From a virus (taxonomy: Duplodnaviria > Caudoviricetes): 64,000 nt of DNA. The position numbers and the translations under genes are program-made. The notes beneath the pieces were generated by a model. That model searched no databases. It was not told where the DNA came from and worked only from the letters and a program-made list of their open reading frames with translations. Positions 41,792 through 50,184 of the stretch are shown piece by piece. Position 1 is the stretch's first letter. Each line of letters begins with the position of its first letter. The stretch lies in IMG/VR virus record IMGVR_UViG_3300016486_001578; one strand, written 5' to 3'.

Positions 41792-42286
41792 TTAAGTGTC
41801 TTTTTTACTTTCTTTAATTCTTATTATTATTTTAAAGCTACTAATGTTAGACTTATTATCAATTTGATCAATATCAACTCTCTCATTATCTATTTTAAAT
41901 ATCAAGGAAACATCATCATAAAAGTCAGGTATTATAGTCTTAAATAATCTCACATACTCACTAATATCAGAGAATCTAAAATTTACTCTTTTTGTTATAC
42001 CAACCCTATATAAAAACTTAAAATCACCATAAGTAATTACACCGTTATTATTTATATACTCATCACTCTCTCTAAAATATAATGAAATAGTATATAAACC
42101 ATCTTCTGATTCATATATATTTTCAATATCTATTAATTTAGATATTTGATTATTATCAGCATAATTAGGTATCTCTGGTTTAGTATTCACTATAAGATTT
42201 ACTAAATCAACCACCTCAGTTTTATTCAAAATATTCACAACTTTACCATTAAACATTTCCATATAATTATATATATAAAAATACAA
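41792..42286 (-). CDS. Hypothetical protein
   Basis: ORF only. Confidence 0.5.
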   Translation of the reverse strand: MYFYIYNYMEMFNGKVVNILNKTEVVDLVNLIVNTKPEIPNYADNNQISKLIDIENIYESEDGLYTISLYFRESDEYINNNGVITYGDFKFLYRVGITKRVNFRFSDISEYVRLFKTIIPDFYDDVSLIFKIDNERVDIDQIDNKSNISSFKIIIRIKESKKDT

Positions 42287-42295
42287 TTATATGTT

Positions 42296-43046
42296 ATGAA
42301 AAGAATTAGACCAATTAATAAATTTATATTAATATTTATATTAATAACATCACTAATTCTATGTATATCATTTTCGTTTACTAGGTCATATAGAAGTATT
42401 GAGAAAATAAGTAGCGACATATCAATCTATAATGATACTATATTGAAGATTAAAGATGATTTTAATAAATATTTACTATATGATAGTAATATAGAATATG
42501 ATAAGAAGAAACACTTGGAGAATACCAAAAAATAACTAGATATATTAAATTATCAAACTAATATCAGAGAAAGAAGAATTAATAAATACATTTAATATTA
42601 AAAATAATAACATTAAAATAACTAATAAAAGTATTAATTATACTGATACTAAAGGATTCATTTTTAAAAGAAGTATTAATAAGAAAATTTATTACAAAAA
42701 AATAGAAGATGTTGATTTAATAAATTTCAAAAAAATAGAATTATATAATAATAAAGAGATTAAAAACTCCATTGAAGAAAATGATAGAATTAATAGAGAA
42801 ATCTCTTATAAAATAGAGAATATAGTTAAAGAGGTAGAAGAAAACCAAAAGATAAGTATTAAAAATAACCTTTCAGAAAGAAAAAATATATTTTATATAC
42901 TATCTATATTATCATTAACTTTCATAACTTTATCAATATATTTAACAATTGGACTTATTAATGATATATCTCTTATGATAAAGAGAAATGAAGTGAATAA
43001 AGTTACATTATCATTTTTAGTTGAATTTATTAAAAGTAAAAATTAA
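42296..43046 (+). pseudogene. Disrupted two-TM membrane protein (TM, long coiled periplasmic-like region, TM)
   Basis: In-frame TAA at 42533 and a further break near 42600; the downstream frame ends with a second TM segment. Confidence 0.4.
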
Positions 43047-43047
43047 T

Positions 43048-43341
43048 ATGGAATATAAAATATTAAATCAATCACTTTATATTTGTGATAGAATGGGTAA
43101 CCTTGGTAGAAGAATATCAGAGAATGTTGTATATGGTACATTCGATGATAAAACCTCTACATTTTTAGTTACTAAAATGGATGGTAAAGTGGAACTAAGA
43201 GATACTAATGGTAATCTTAGAAGAGTTGTATCAAGTGATACAATAGAAGCTAGATATTCAGGTATTGAAATTATTATTAGAAAGAAAGATGGTAGAACTT
43301 GTATAATAGATCAAATGGGAAATGTTAAGAGGTATATATGA
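43048..43341 (+). CDS. Hypothetical protein with three DxxGN beta repeats
   Basis: DRMGNLGR, DTNGNLRR, DQMGNVKR. Confidence 0.6.
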   Translation: MEYKILNQSLYICDRMGNLGRRISENVVYGTFDDKTSTFLVTKMDGKVELRDTNGNLRRVVSSDTIEARYSGIEIIIRKKDGRTCIIDQMGNVKRYI

Positions 43342-43510
43342 TATTAAAATATAAAAAATTCACAGAATCAGATAAATCAACTATAAAAGAAGACTTAATC
43401 GATAAATTGATATACTATTCTGAATATATGATAGATTATATGAGAGAATATAACAACTCTGGTGTTGGTCGGTATAAAATTATATTTACCATTTAAGAGA
43501 TAAAAATAAG

Positions 43511-44023
43511 ATGAGTATGAGAATTAGAAAGTTTAATGAAAATAATGATATGAATAGATCATTAAAAGATTATATAAGAGGTAAAATAGAATATACTAAG
43601 ATAATTAATCTTATGTATAAAAATATGGATATCTTTGATATATTAGGAGATTATATCTATAATGATATATTTTGTGGTAAGATACCAAAGAGTCTAGACT
43701 ACATAACCAAAAAGGATAAATTAGCAATTTTACTTATAAGTGAATCAGATTTAATTGTAGATAGATTAAAGGAGCTTTATGGTGAGCCAATCTATCATAA
43801 TGAATTTGGTGAAGGATTTGAGGGTAATTATAATCAAGAAACTGATGAGTATATCGAACCCGAAAATAAGAGTGGATTCGCATCATATTTTATAAATATT
43901 GAAGGTGTTGAATTACATGTTGGTTATGATCATAGGGGACTTTCCTTAGAGGTAGAAAAAAATATTGAAATAGAAAAAATATACAAGTCTCTGAAAATAT
44001 ATTTACTATATTTGTATTTATGA
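43511..44023 (+). CDS. Hypothetical protein with capsid-targeting-like N-terminus
   Basis: MRIRKFNEN. Confidence 0.55.
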   Translation: MSMRIRKFNENNDMNRSLKDYIRGKIEYTKIINLMYKNMDIFDILGDYIYNDIFCGKIPKSLDYITKKDKLAILLISESDLIVDRLKELYGEPIYHNEFGEGFEGNYNQETDEYIEPENKSGFASYFINIEGVELHVGYDHRGLSLEVEKNIEIEKIYKSLKIYLLYLYL

Positions 44024-44766
44024 AAATATATATACTCGCAGATAAAAATAATATACCATATACCGTAAATGCTTATTTAGCATATAATGGCTTTGAACAA
44101 TTGGGATATGAAGTTATCTTAATAAAGACAATCGATGATATTAAAGATAATAATCCAGAAAATATTGTATTTGCTGGTATAGGTAATGTTAAAAACTATA
44201 TTAATAATGTTTTAAAATTAGATATTGATATTGAGAATTTTGACTACCCAAGTGAACTAAGTGAATATTTAGGTCGTAATTTACATAAAGATAAGTTTAA
44301 TAAGTTTATTAGTGAATTTACTGGTGATAAACCTTTATTTATAAAACCAGTAAATGAACAAAAGCTATTCACAGGAGTTTTAATCAATGAGTATAAAGAC
44401 ATACCACCATTAAAAGAAGATATTGATATATGGGTATCAGAGCCTATTAAATTTATAACAGAATATAGATGCTTTATCTATCATAATAAAATAATAGGAT
44501 GTAAGAATTATAAAGGAAATCCCTTTAGAAGTATTGATGAAAATGTAGTCTTAGGAGCAGTTAAAGATTTTACCAAATCACCTATTTCATATTCAATCGA
44601 CTTTGGTCTAACTGATGATGGTAGAACTCTATTAGTAGAAGCTAATGACTCACATTCCTTAGGTGCTTATGGCTTGAACCCACACCTATATGCTAGAATA
44701 ATAGCAGCAAGATGGGCAGAGTTAACAAATACAAATGACTACTCCTATTATGAATTTAATATATAA
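44020..44766 (+). CDS. ATP-grasp protein (R2K/DUF4343-like)
   Basis: DYPSEL..YLGR, FIKPV..KLFTG, EYRCFI, IDFG...LVEAND. Confidence 0.8.
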   Translation: MKIYILADKNNIPYTVNAYLAYNGFEQLGYEVILIKTIDDIKDNNPENIVFAGIGNVKNYINNVLKLDIDIENFDYPSELSEYLGRNLHKDKFNKFISEFTGDKPLFIKPVNEQKLFTGVLINEYKDIPPLKEDIDIWVSEPIKFITEYRCFIYHNKIIGCKNYKGNPFRSIDENVVLGAVKDFTKSPISYSIDFGLTDDGRTLLVEANDSHSLGAYGLNPHLYARIIAARWAELTNTNDYSYYEFNI

Positions 44767-44769
44767 ATA

Positions 44770-45015
44770 ATGTTTAAAATTAGAATTATAGCACAAAAAG
44801 TTTTATGCTTACTAGGTATACTAACTTCTATATTATTTATACCATATGAGTATATTATTAATAATATAGAAATTTCACCAGGTGGAACTATCGGGATGTT
44901 AGTTATATCTTTTTGTATTTTTATATTATGTATGGATGGTTTGATTGAGACAAATAATAAAGAAACAAAATATAACATATTCACAATTAATAATGATTGG
45001 AAATATAAAAGATAA
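44770..45015 (+). CDS. Small two-TM membrane protein
   Basis: Two hydrophobic segments. Confidence 0.5.
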   Translation: MFKIRIIAQKVLCLLGILTSILFIPYEYIINNIEISPGGTIGMLVISFCIFILCMDGLIETNNKETKYNIFTINNDWKYKR

Positions 45016-45018
45016 AAT

Positions 45019-45285
45019 ATGATTAAGAAGTTTGAAAATTTTGGAGAATCTAAGCTAAGTAAAGTGTGGTATTTAGAATTATATGATTTACAATATTCTC
45101 TAGTAGAGAATGATCCACTATTTATAGAGATAGAAGAATGGGTAAGTGATAATGATCATAATAATGGTTATGCATACTCTTGGAAAGTAGGAGAAGATGA
45201 TACTGCATATCCACTACTAGATAAGTATTTCATAAATAATGGGCTTATAAAAGATGATATAGTCATAGTGCATTGTCTTTGGTAA
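45019..45285 (+). CDS. Hypothetical protein with capsid-targeting-like N-terminus
   Basis: MIKKFENFGES. Confidence 0.6.
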   Translation: MIKKFENFGESKLSKVWYLELYDLQYSLVENDPLFIEIEEWVSDNDHNNGYAYSWKVGEDDTAYPLLDKYFINNGLIKDDIVIVHCLW

Positions 45286-45510
45286 GATAAAGAATTTAAT
45301 TATTAGTATAAACGAATTTAAAACAAAAACTATGGGATATTTTATTATAACACTAATCTTTTTATTTATATGTGTGTTATTTTACAAACTTACGAATGTG
45401 AATTGGTATCATCAATTTTTAACACAAGATTTTAAAGATAAAGATTGGTTCACGAAACTTGTTAAATGGTTGGTGAATTGATTTTTTATTAAAATAAAAT
45501 AGAAAATAAA

Positions 45511-45542
45511 TTTGCAGGTATAAAAACTTTGTTATATATTTG
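45511..45542 (+). promoter_or_regulatory. Bacteroidota-type promoter upstream of the tRNA operon leader
   Basis: TTTG (45511-14), 20 nt, TATATTTG (45535-42). Confidence 0.7.
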
Positions 45543-45596
45543 TAGTATAATTAAAGAAAAACAAAAAGGAACAATAATAAATTAATATATAAAATT

Positions 45597-45753
45597 ATGA
45601 ACACAACAACTTTAAATACAAACTTATCACTGAGATCTCTTTTATTAAGAGAAGGGTCGGGATTTGTCTTATTTGAACGTTGTGATAGTAAATAATTACT
45701 ATAATAATATATCTAATACAAACCCGATACTCATAAAAGTATCGGGTTTTTTT
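45597..45753 (+). promoter_or_regulatory. Leader-peptide attenuator of the tRNA cluster (leader ORF 45597-45695)
   Basis: Leader MNTTTLNTNLSLRSLLLREGSGFVLFERCDSK. Antiterminator TCGGGATTTGT (45657-67) pairs with ACAAACCCGA (45718-27). Terminator AAACCCGATACT/AGTATCGGGTTT plus T tract ends 2 nt before the first tRNA. Confidence 0.75.
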
Positions 45754-45755
45754 AT

Positions 45756-45839
45756 GCACTTGTGGTGGAATTGGTAGACACCCTGGTCTTAGAAGCCAGT
45801 GCTCGGAAGAGCGTGAGAGTTCGATTCTCTCCAAGTGTA
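45756..45839 (+). tRNA. tRNA-Leu(TAG), long variable arm
   Basis: CTGGT-CTTAGAA-GCCAG; canonical D and T loops. Confidence 0.95.
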
Positions 45840-45846
45840 CTATAAT

Positions 45847-45933
45847 GCGGCTATGATGAAATTGGTAGCACATGCTAGACTTAAAATCTAGTGGATAGTA
45901 ATGTCCGTGCGGGTTCGACTCCCGCTAGCCGTA
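45847..45933 (+). tRNA. tRNA-Leu(TAA), long variable arm
   Basis: CTAGA-CTTAAAA-TCTAG; GTTCGACTC T-arm. Confidence 0.95.
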
Positions 45934-45940
45934 CAAAAAT

Positions 45941-46013
45941 GGCCCTATGGTGTAACTGAATAACACACACGCCTTCTAAGCGTATATTCCAAGTTTGAAT
46001 CTTGGTAGGGTCA
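45941..46013 (+). tRNA. tRNA-Arg(TCT)
   Basis: ACGC-CTTCTAA-GCGT; acceptor GGCCCTA/TAGGGTC. Confidence 0.85.
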
Positions 46014-46026
46014 CAAAAAATTAAAT

Positions 46027-46101
46027 GCTCTGGTAGCCCAATTGGAAGAGGCAATAGTTTTAGAAACTATACAGGTGTGGGTTCAAATCCCACTCGGAGT
46101 A
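46027..46101 (+). tRNA. tRNA with TAG (Leu) anticodon but a short variable loop
   Basis: ATAGT-TTTAGAA-ACTAT; variable region of only about 5-6 nt; discriminator A. Confidence 0.8.
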
Positions 46102-46105
46102 CAAT

Positions 46106-46186
46106 GTCTCAGTAGTCCCAGTTGTCTTCTAAACAACTACGGGTAATTGGATGCTGAAAATATAGGTTCGAATCCTATCTGAGACA
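46106..46186 (+). ncRNA. Non-canonical tRNA-like RNA (TCT anticodon hairpin, no D-arm at the normal position)
   Basis: Perfect acceptor GTCTCAG/CTGAGAC-A and T-arm ATAGG-TTCGAAT-CCTAT. AGTTGT-CTTCTAA-ACAACT lies only 7 nt after the acceptor stem. Confidence 0.65.
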
Positions 46187-46191
46187 CAAAT

Positions 46192-46242
46192 ATCTTGGTG
46201 GTGAAACCGTGTACGCTGCGGGTTCGACTCCCGTCCAAGATA
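46192..46242 (+). ncRNA. Mini tRNA-like RNA (acceptor stem plus T-arm, no anticodon arm)
   Basis: ATCTTGG/CCAAGAT-A; GCGGG-TTCGACT-CCCGT; 51 nt. Confidence 0.6.
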
Positions 46243-46257
46243 CAAAATGAAAGTAAA

Positions 46258-46431
46258 ATGATAATAGAGATAGATAATAAGACATATTTGGTAGAACCTT
46301 GTAAGCATTGTAAAAGAGATGATATCATTTATATAGAGAGTGATTTACCATGGAGTGATAGTAAATTTATATGTGATTTCTGTTGCTCTACCTATTCAAT
46401 ATTTGATACTAATATAGCAAATAAGATATAA
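46258..46431 (+). CDS. Small Zn-ribbon-like protein inside the tRNA cluster
   Basis: MIIEIDNK...CKHC...CDFCC. Confidence 0.5.
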   Translation: MIIEIDNKTYLVEPCKHCKRDDIIYIESDLPWSDSKFICDFCCSTYSIFDTNIANKI

Positions 46432-46450
46432 ATTTGAATAAGAAAAATAA

Positions 46451-46524
46451 GGCTTTGTATCATAATCGCATAATGAAATAGTTTCCTAAACTATCCTATG
46501 TGGGTTGGAATCCCTCCGAAGTCA
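46451..46524 (+). tRNA. tRNA-Arg(CCT), degenerate T-loop
   Basis: ATAGT-TTCCTAA-ACTAT; acceptor GGCTTTG/CGAAGTC; T-loop TTGGAAT. Confidence 0.7.
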
Positions 46525-46542
46525 CAAATAAAAAAATAAAAT

Positions 46543-46647
46543 ATGAAAACTAAAAATACATTACTACTACTACTCAAAGAATGATTCTTCTTTAGTATAG
46601 TAATACCTTATACTCAAGTCTTATCATTAATTTGATAAGACTTTTTT
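46543..46647 (+). promoter_or_regulatory. Leucine leader-peptide attenuator of leuS (leader ORF 46543-46584)
   Basis: ATG AAA ACT AAA AAT ACA TTA CTA CTA CTA CTC AAA GAA TGA = MKTKNTLLLLLKE. Terminator AAGTCTTATCA-TTAATT-TGATAAGACTT-TTTT (46616-47) ends 26 nt before the leuS ATG. Confidence 0.85.
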
Positions 46648-46673
46648 GTTAAAAAAAATTAAAAATATAAATC

Positions 46674-48299
46674 ATGAATATAAAAGAAATAGAAAAAAAG
46701 TGGCAAAATAAATGGATAGAAGATAATTCATTTAAATTTGATGTAAACTCTAATAAAGAGAAGAAGATTATCATACCTATGTTTCCTTACCCCTCTGGTA
46801 ATATACATATGGGTCATATGAGAAATTATACAATATCGGATGTGATTGCTAGATATTGGCGAAATAAAGGATTTAACGTTTGTCATCCAATGGGTTGGGA
46901 CTCATATGGTTCACCAGCAGAAAGTGCTGCTATAAATAATAATGTACATCCAAAAGAATGGACTGATATCAATATTAAGAATATGAAAGAGCAAATGATT
47001 AGAATGGGTATGTCATTTGATTGGAGTAGAGAAATATCAACATGCGAGGTAGACTATTGGAAAAATGAACAGAAGTTCTTTATTGATATGTGGAAAAAAG
47101 GATATATTGATAAGAAGATTGGTTATGTAAACTGGGATCCAATAGATGAGAGTGTGGTTTCAAATGAACAAGTTATAGATGGTAAAGGGTGGAGAACAGG
47201 TGCTATAATAGAACAAAAAGAAATGATACAATATTACTTTAAAACAACTATGTTTAAAGATGATATGATGAATGTATCCTCTTGTGAAGAATGGCCTGAT
47301 AATATTACTAAGCAACAAGTAAACTTCATGAGTAAGGGTATAAGAAATGGTGATGATATAAACCCATTCTCAGATTGGTGTGTATCAAGACAGAAATATT
47401 GGGGAACACCAATACCTATGATCAATTGTGACAAATGTGGAACTATTCCAAATGAGAATATCCCAGTAGTAGCACCAATTGATGTTGACTTTAATGGAAA
47501 GGGTAATCCTATAAGAAATCATGCAACATGGGCGAATATAAAATGCCCAAATTGTGGTGGTGATGCTGAGAAAGAAACAGATACAATGGATACATTTGTT
47601 CAATCATCTTGGTACTTTATAAGATATATCTCAGATTTTTTTAATGGTGAGTTCGATCATGATGTTATTAAAAAAATGTTCCCAATTGATTACTATATTG
47701 GTGGCTCAGAACATGCTAATAGTCATATGATTTATTCTAGATTTTTTTGGAGAGTTTTTAAAGAAATGAATTATATACCTAAAAATACCTCAATAGAACC
47801 ATTTAAAAAAGTAATAACACAAGGTATGGTGAAAAATGGTGGGAAAAAGATGAGTAAATCAGCAGGTAATGGTATATCACCAATTGATGTAGTTGATAAA
47901 TATGGTTGTGATGTTGTAAGAATGTATATGATGTTCAGTGGACCAGTTGAACAAGATATTGATTGGAATGAAGATGGTATAAAAGGTGTGTCTAGATTTA
48001 TAACTAAAATTATAAATGCTATAACTAAAATAAAAGATAAAGATTTCATATATATTAAAAATGTAAAAAATGAACAAATATCTAAAACTAAAATAGAAGA
48101 ATTGAATAAAAGAATTGAAAATGTATATGAAGATAATATGAAATTTAATACAATAATAGCATTTTCAATGGAAACATATAATGCAATATCAAAAACAACT
48201 GATATAAATATATGGAAAGAGGGAATAGATACCATAATGCGTGGTATAGGTCCAATAATTCCACATATTTATAGTGAAAATTATGAAAATTATGAATAG
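46674..48299 (+). CDS. leuS: Minimal leucyl-tRNA synthetase (no CP1 editing domain, no C-terminal domain)
   Basis: MFPYPSGNIHMGH, GWDSYG.PAE, DWCVSRQKYWGTPIP, ETDTMDTFVQSSWY, YIGGSEHA, KMSKS; 541 aa. Confidence 0.92.
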   Translation: MNIKEIEKKWQNKWIEDNSFKFDVNSNKEKKIIIPMFPYPSGNIHMGHMRNYTISDVIARYWRNKGFNVCHPMGWDSYGSPAESAAINNNVHPKEWTDINIKNMKEQMIRMGMSFDWSREISTCEVDYWKNEQKFFIDMWKKGYIDKKIGYVNWDPIDESVVSNEQVIDGKGWRTGAIIEQKEMIQYYFKTTMFKDDMMNVSSCEEWPDNITKQQVNFMSKGIRNGDDINPFSDWCVSRQKYWGTPIPMINCDKCGTIPNENIPVVAPIDVDFNGKGNPIRNHATWANIKCPNCGGDAEKETDTMDTFVQSSWYFIRYISDFFNGEFDHDVIKKMFPIDYYIGGSEHANSHMIYSRFFWRVFKEMNYIPKNTSIEPFKKVITQGMVKNGGKKMSKSAGNGISPIDVVDKYGCDVVRMYMMFSGPVEQDIDWNEDGIKGVSRFITKIINAITKIKDKDFIYIKNVKNEQISKTKIEELNKRIENVYEDNMKFNTIIAFSMETYNAISKTTDINIWKEGIDTIMRGIGPIIPHIYSENYENYE

Positions 48300-48309
48300 A
48301 AAACTAAAA

Positions 48310-49359
48310 ATGAATAAAGTAGATAAAAAATATTTAAAACTTCTTAAAAAAATTTTAAAAAAAGGAATAGTTAAAAAAGATAGAACCAGAACTGGGACAA
48401 TATCCTTATTTGGTCATTCGATGCGTTTTAACATGAGTGATGGCTTTCCACTATTAACGTCTAAAAAAATGTTTACAAAAGCAATAATAATTGAATTAAT
48501 ATGGTTTATAAATGGAGATACTAATATTAAATATTTAGTTGACAATGGATGTAATATCTGGAATGGAGACGCTTATAAAAATTATTGTAATAAGTATTGG
48601 ACATTAGATGAATTATGTAAAATTGAATATGGTAGCTCATATTATGATCATGAGTTAAATGAATATAATTTTGAAGTTTGGACAATTGAAAAATTTATTG
48701 AGAAAATAAAAACAGATGATGTCTTCTGTAAAAAATGGGGTGAGTTGGGACCAGTATATGGGAGACAATGGCGTGATTTTAATGGCGTTGATCAATTTAA
48801 AGATTTGTTAGAAACTCTTAAAAAAAATCCGGACTCTAGAAGAATGATGGTTAGTGCATGGGATCCATCAAAACTTAATGAAATGGTTCTACCACCTTGC
48901 CACTTTAACTTCCAATGTTATACAACAGAAATGACTTACAATGAAAGAATTAAAAGGTGGTTAAAATCTATCAATAAAGATGAATCATATTCAAAAGAAA
49001 TGACAATGGAAAAATTAGATTTACAAGGATTTCCAAAAAGAAAATTGGATATAAAATGGAGTCAACGCAGTTGCGATTTTTTCCTAGGAATTCCGTTCAA
49101 TATAGCATCCTATGGTCTCCTACTACATTTATTAGCAAAAGAAGTTAATATGATTCCTAATGATTTAATATTTTCCGGTGGAGATTGTCACATCTACCTA
49201 AATCATATAGATGTTGTTAAAGAACAATTAAAAAGTGAAACATTTAAATTATGTAATTTGGAGTTATTGAATAACTCAATATTTAATTTAAAATATGAGG
49301 ATTTTAAGATTCTAAATTATAAATCTTCCCCTGTATTAAAAGGAAAATTATCAAATTAA
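48310..49359 (+). CDS. thyA: Thymidylate synthase
   Basis: DRT.TGT, LGPVYG, DSRRM, LPPCH, QRSCDFFLGIPFNIASY, GDCHIYLNH. Confidence 0.95.
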   Translation: MNKVDKKYLKLLKKILKKGIVKKDRTRTGTISLFGHSMRFNMSDGFPLLTSKKMFTKAIIIELIWFINGDTNIKYLVDNGCNIWNGDAYKNYCNKYWTLDELCKIEYGSSYYDHELNEYNFEVWTIEKFIEKIKTDDVFCKKWGELGPVYGRQWRDFNGVDQFKDLLETLKKNPDSRRMMVSAWDPSKLNEMVLPPCHFNFQCYTTEMTYNERIKRWLKSINKDESYSKEMTMEKLDLQGFPKRKLDIKWSQRSCDFFLGIPFNIASYGLLLHLLAKEVNMIPNDLIFSGGDCHIYLNHIDVVKEQLKSETFKLCNLELLNNSIFNLKYEDFKILNYKSSPVLKGKLSN

Positions 49360-50160
49360 AATATAATTAATAAACCTAGGATTATCTGACAAACATCTCC
49401 ATCTAATTGTCACCACAGGTAATCCTATATCTTTTGATGCATCATGATAGGATTCATAAATTATTCCATCAACTGATAATTTAATTCTATTTATGGGCTT
49501 TTTACCAATTCTTTTTTGTCTAATTTTATCCTTGCTTTCCTCACTATGTTTTTTCCCATAAAAGTGATTTTTATCACCTATTCTTTCAGATGCACTTTTT
49601 GATAATTTATCACTTATAATATTTGCTCTTTCTAAACCATATAATTCAATATTAGTCTTTCCCTTATTAATTGGCTCTATTCCAATTCTTCTCAAAGATG
49701 CAATTTCTCTCATCTCATCATTCCACCTTTTACCATAATTTGGATTTGACTCACCAGATTTACCCCATTTTTCTACCCTTTCTTCCTTTGACATATTAGA
49801 TATTTTATTATTTAAAGTCTCTGTAATTCGTTTAATTATATCTTCTCTATTTGGATTATTAGTCAAATTATCACCACCTGATGCGTTTTTACCTATATTG
49901 AAACCATTATTATTAAATGGTTGAAACTCATCAATAAAATATTAATCTCTTATAAGTAGTTGATCTATTTCACATAATTCTAAAATTTCAAACTTAAAAT
50001 TGTTTATACCATATTTATCAAATGCTCTTTGTAAATGTATATTTATGTGTTTATTCCCATTTAGGTCATTTATATGCCTCCTCCATCTTTTTCTAATATT
50101 ATTTGATGAGCCTATGTAAAGTTTATCATTACAAGTTATTTTATATATTCCTATTTCCAT
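49351..50160 (-). CDS. GIY-YIG/NUMOD3 homing endonuclease (frameshift near 49940)
   Basis: GIYKIT..YIGSS..R..H; FYGKKHSEE. The two ORF-track pieces together align with 50407-51228. Confidence 0.85.
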
Positions 50161-50184
50161 AACTTATATATTAATAGTTGGGTC

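Noticed and set aside
42296-43046. Decoy sensor domain derived from a host histidine kinase
   Set aside because: The TM-coil-TM layout is suggestive, but the frame is broken and no diagnostic motif can be confirmed by eye.
45593-45610. Remnant tnpB guide (AGAACACAACAAAG) targeting the tRNA-operon leader start (ATTAT-GAACACAACAAC)
   Set aside because: The match is only 11 nt, offset by one base, with an imperfect TAM. This is plausible by chance in AT-rich DNA.
46195-46257. 5' extension of ORF 46195-46431, and antisense ORFs 45595-45873 and 46137-46328
   Set aside because: They overlap tRNA or tRNA-like genes and are shadow frames.
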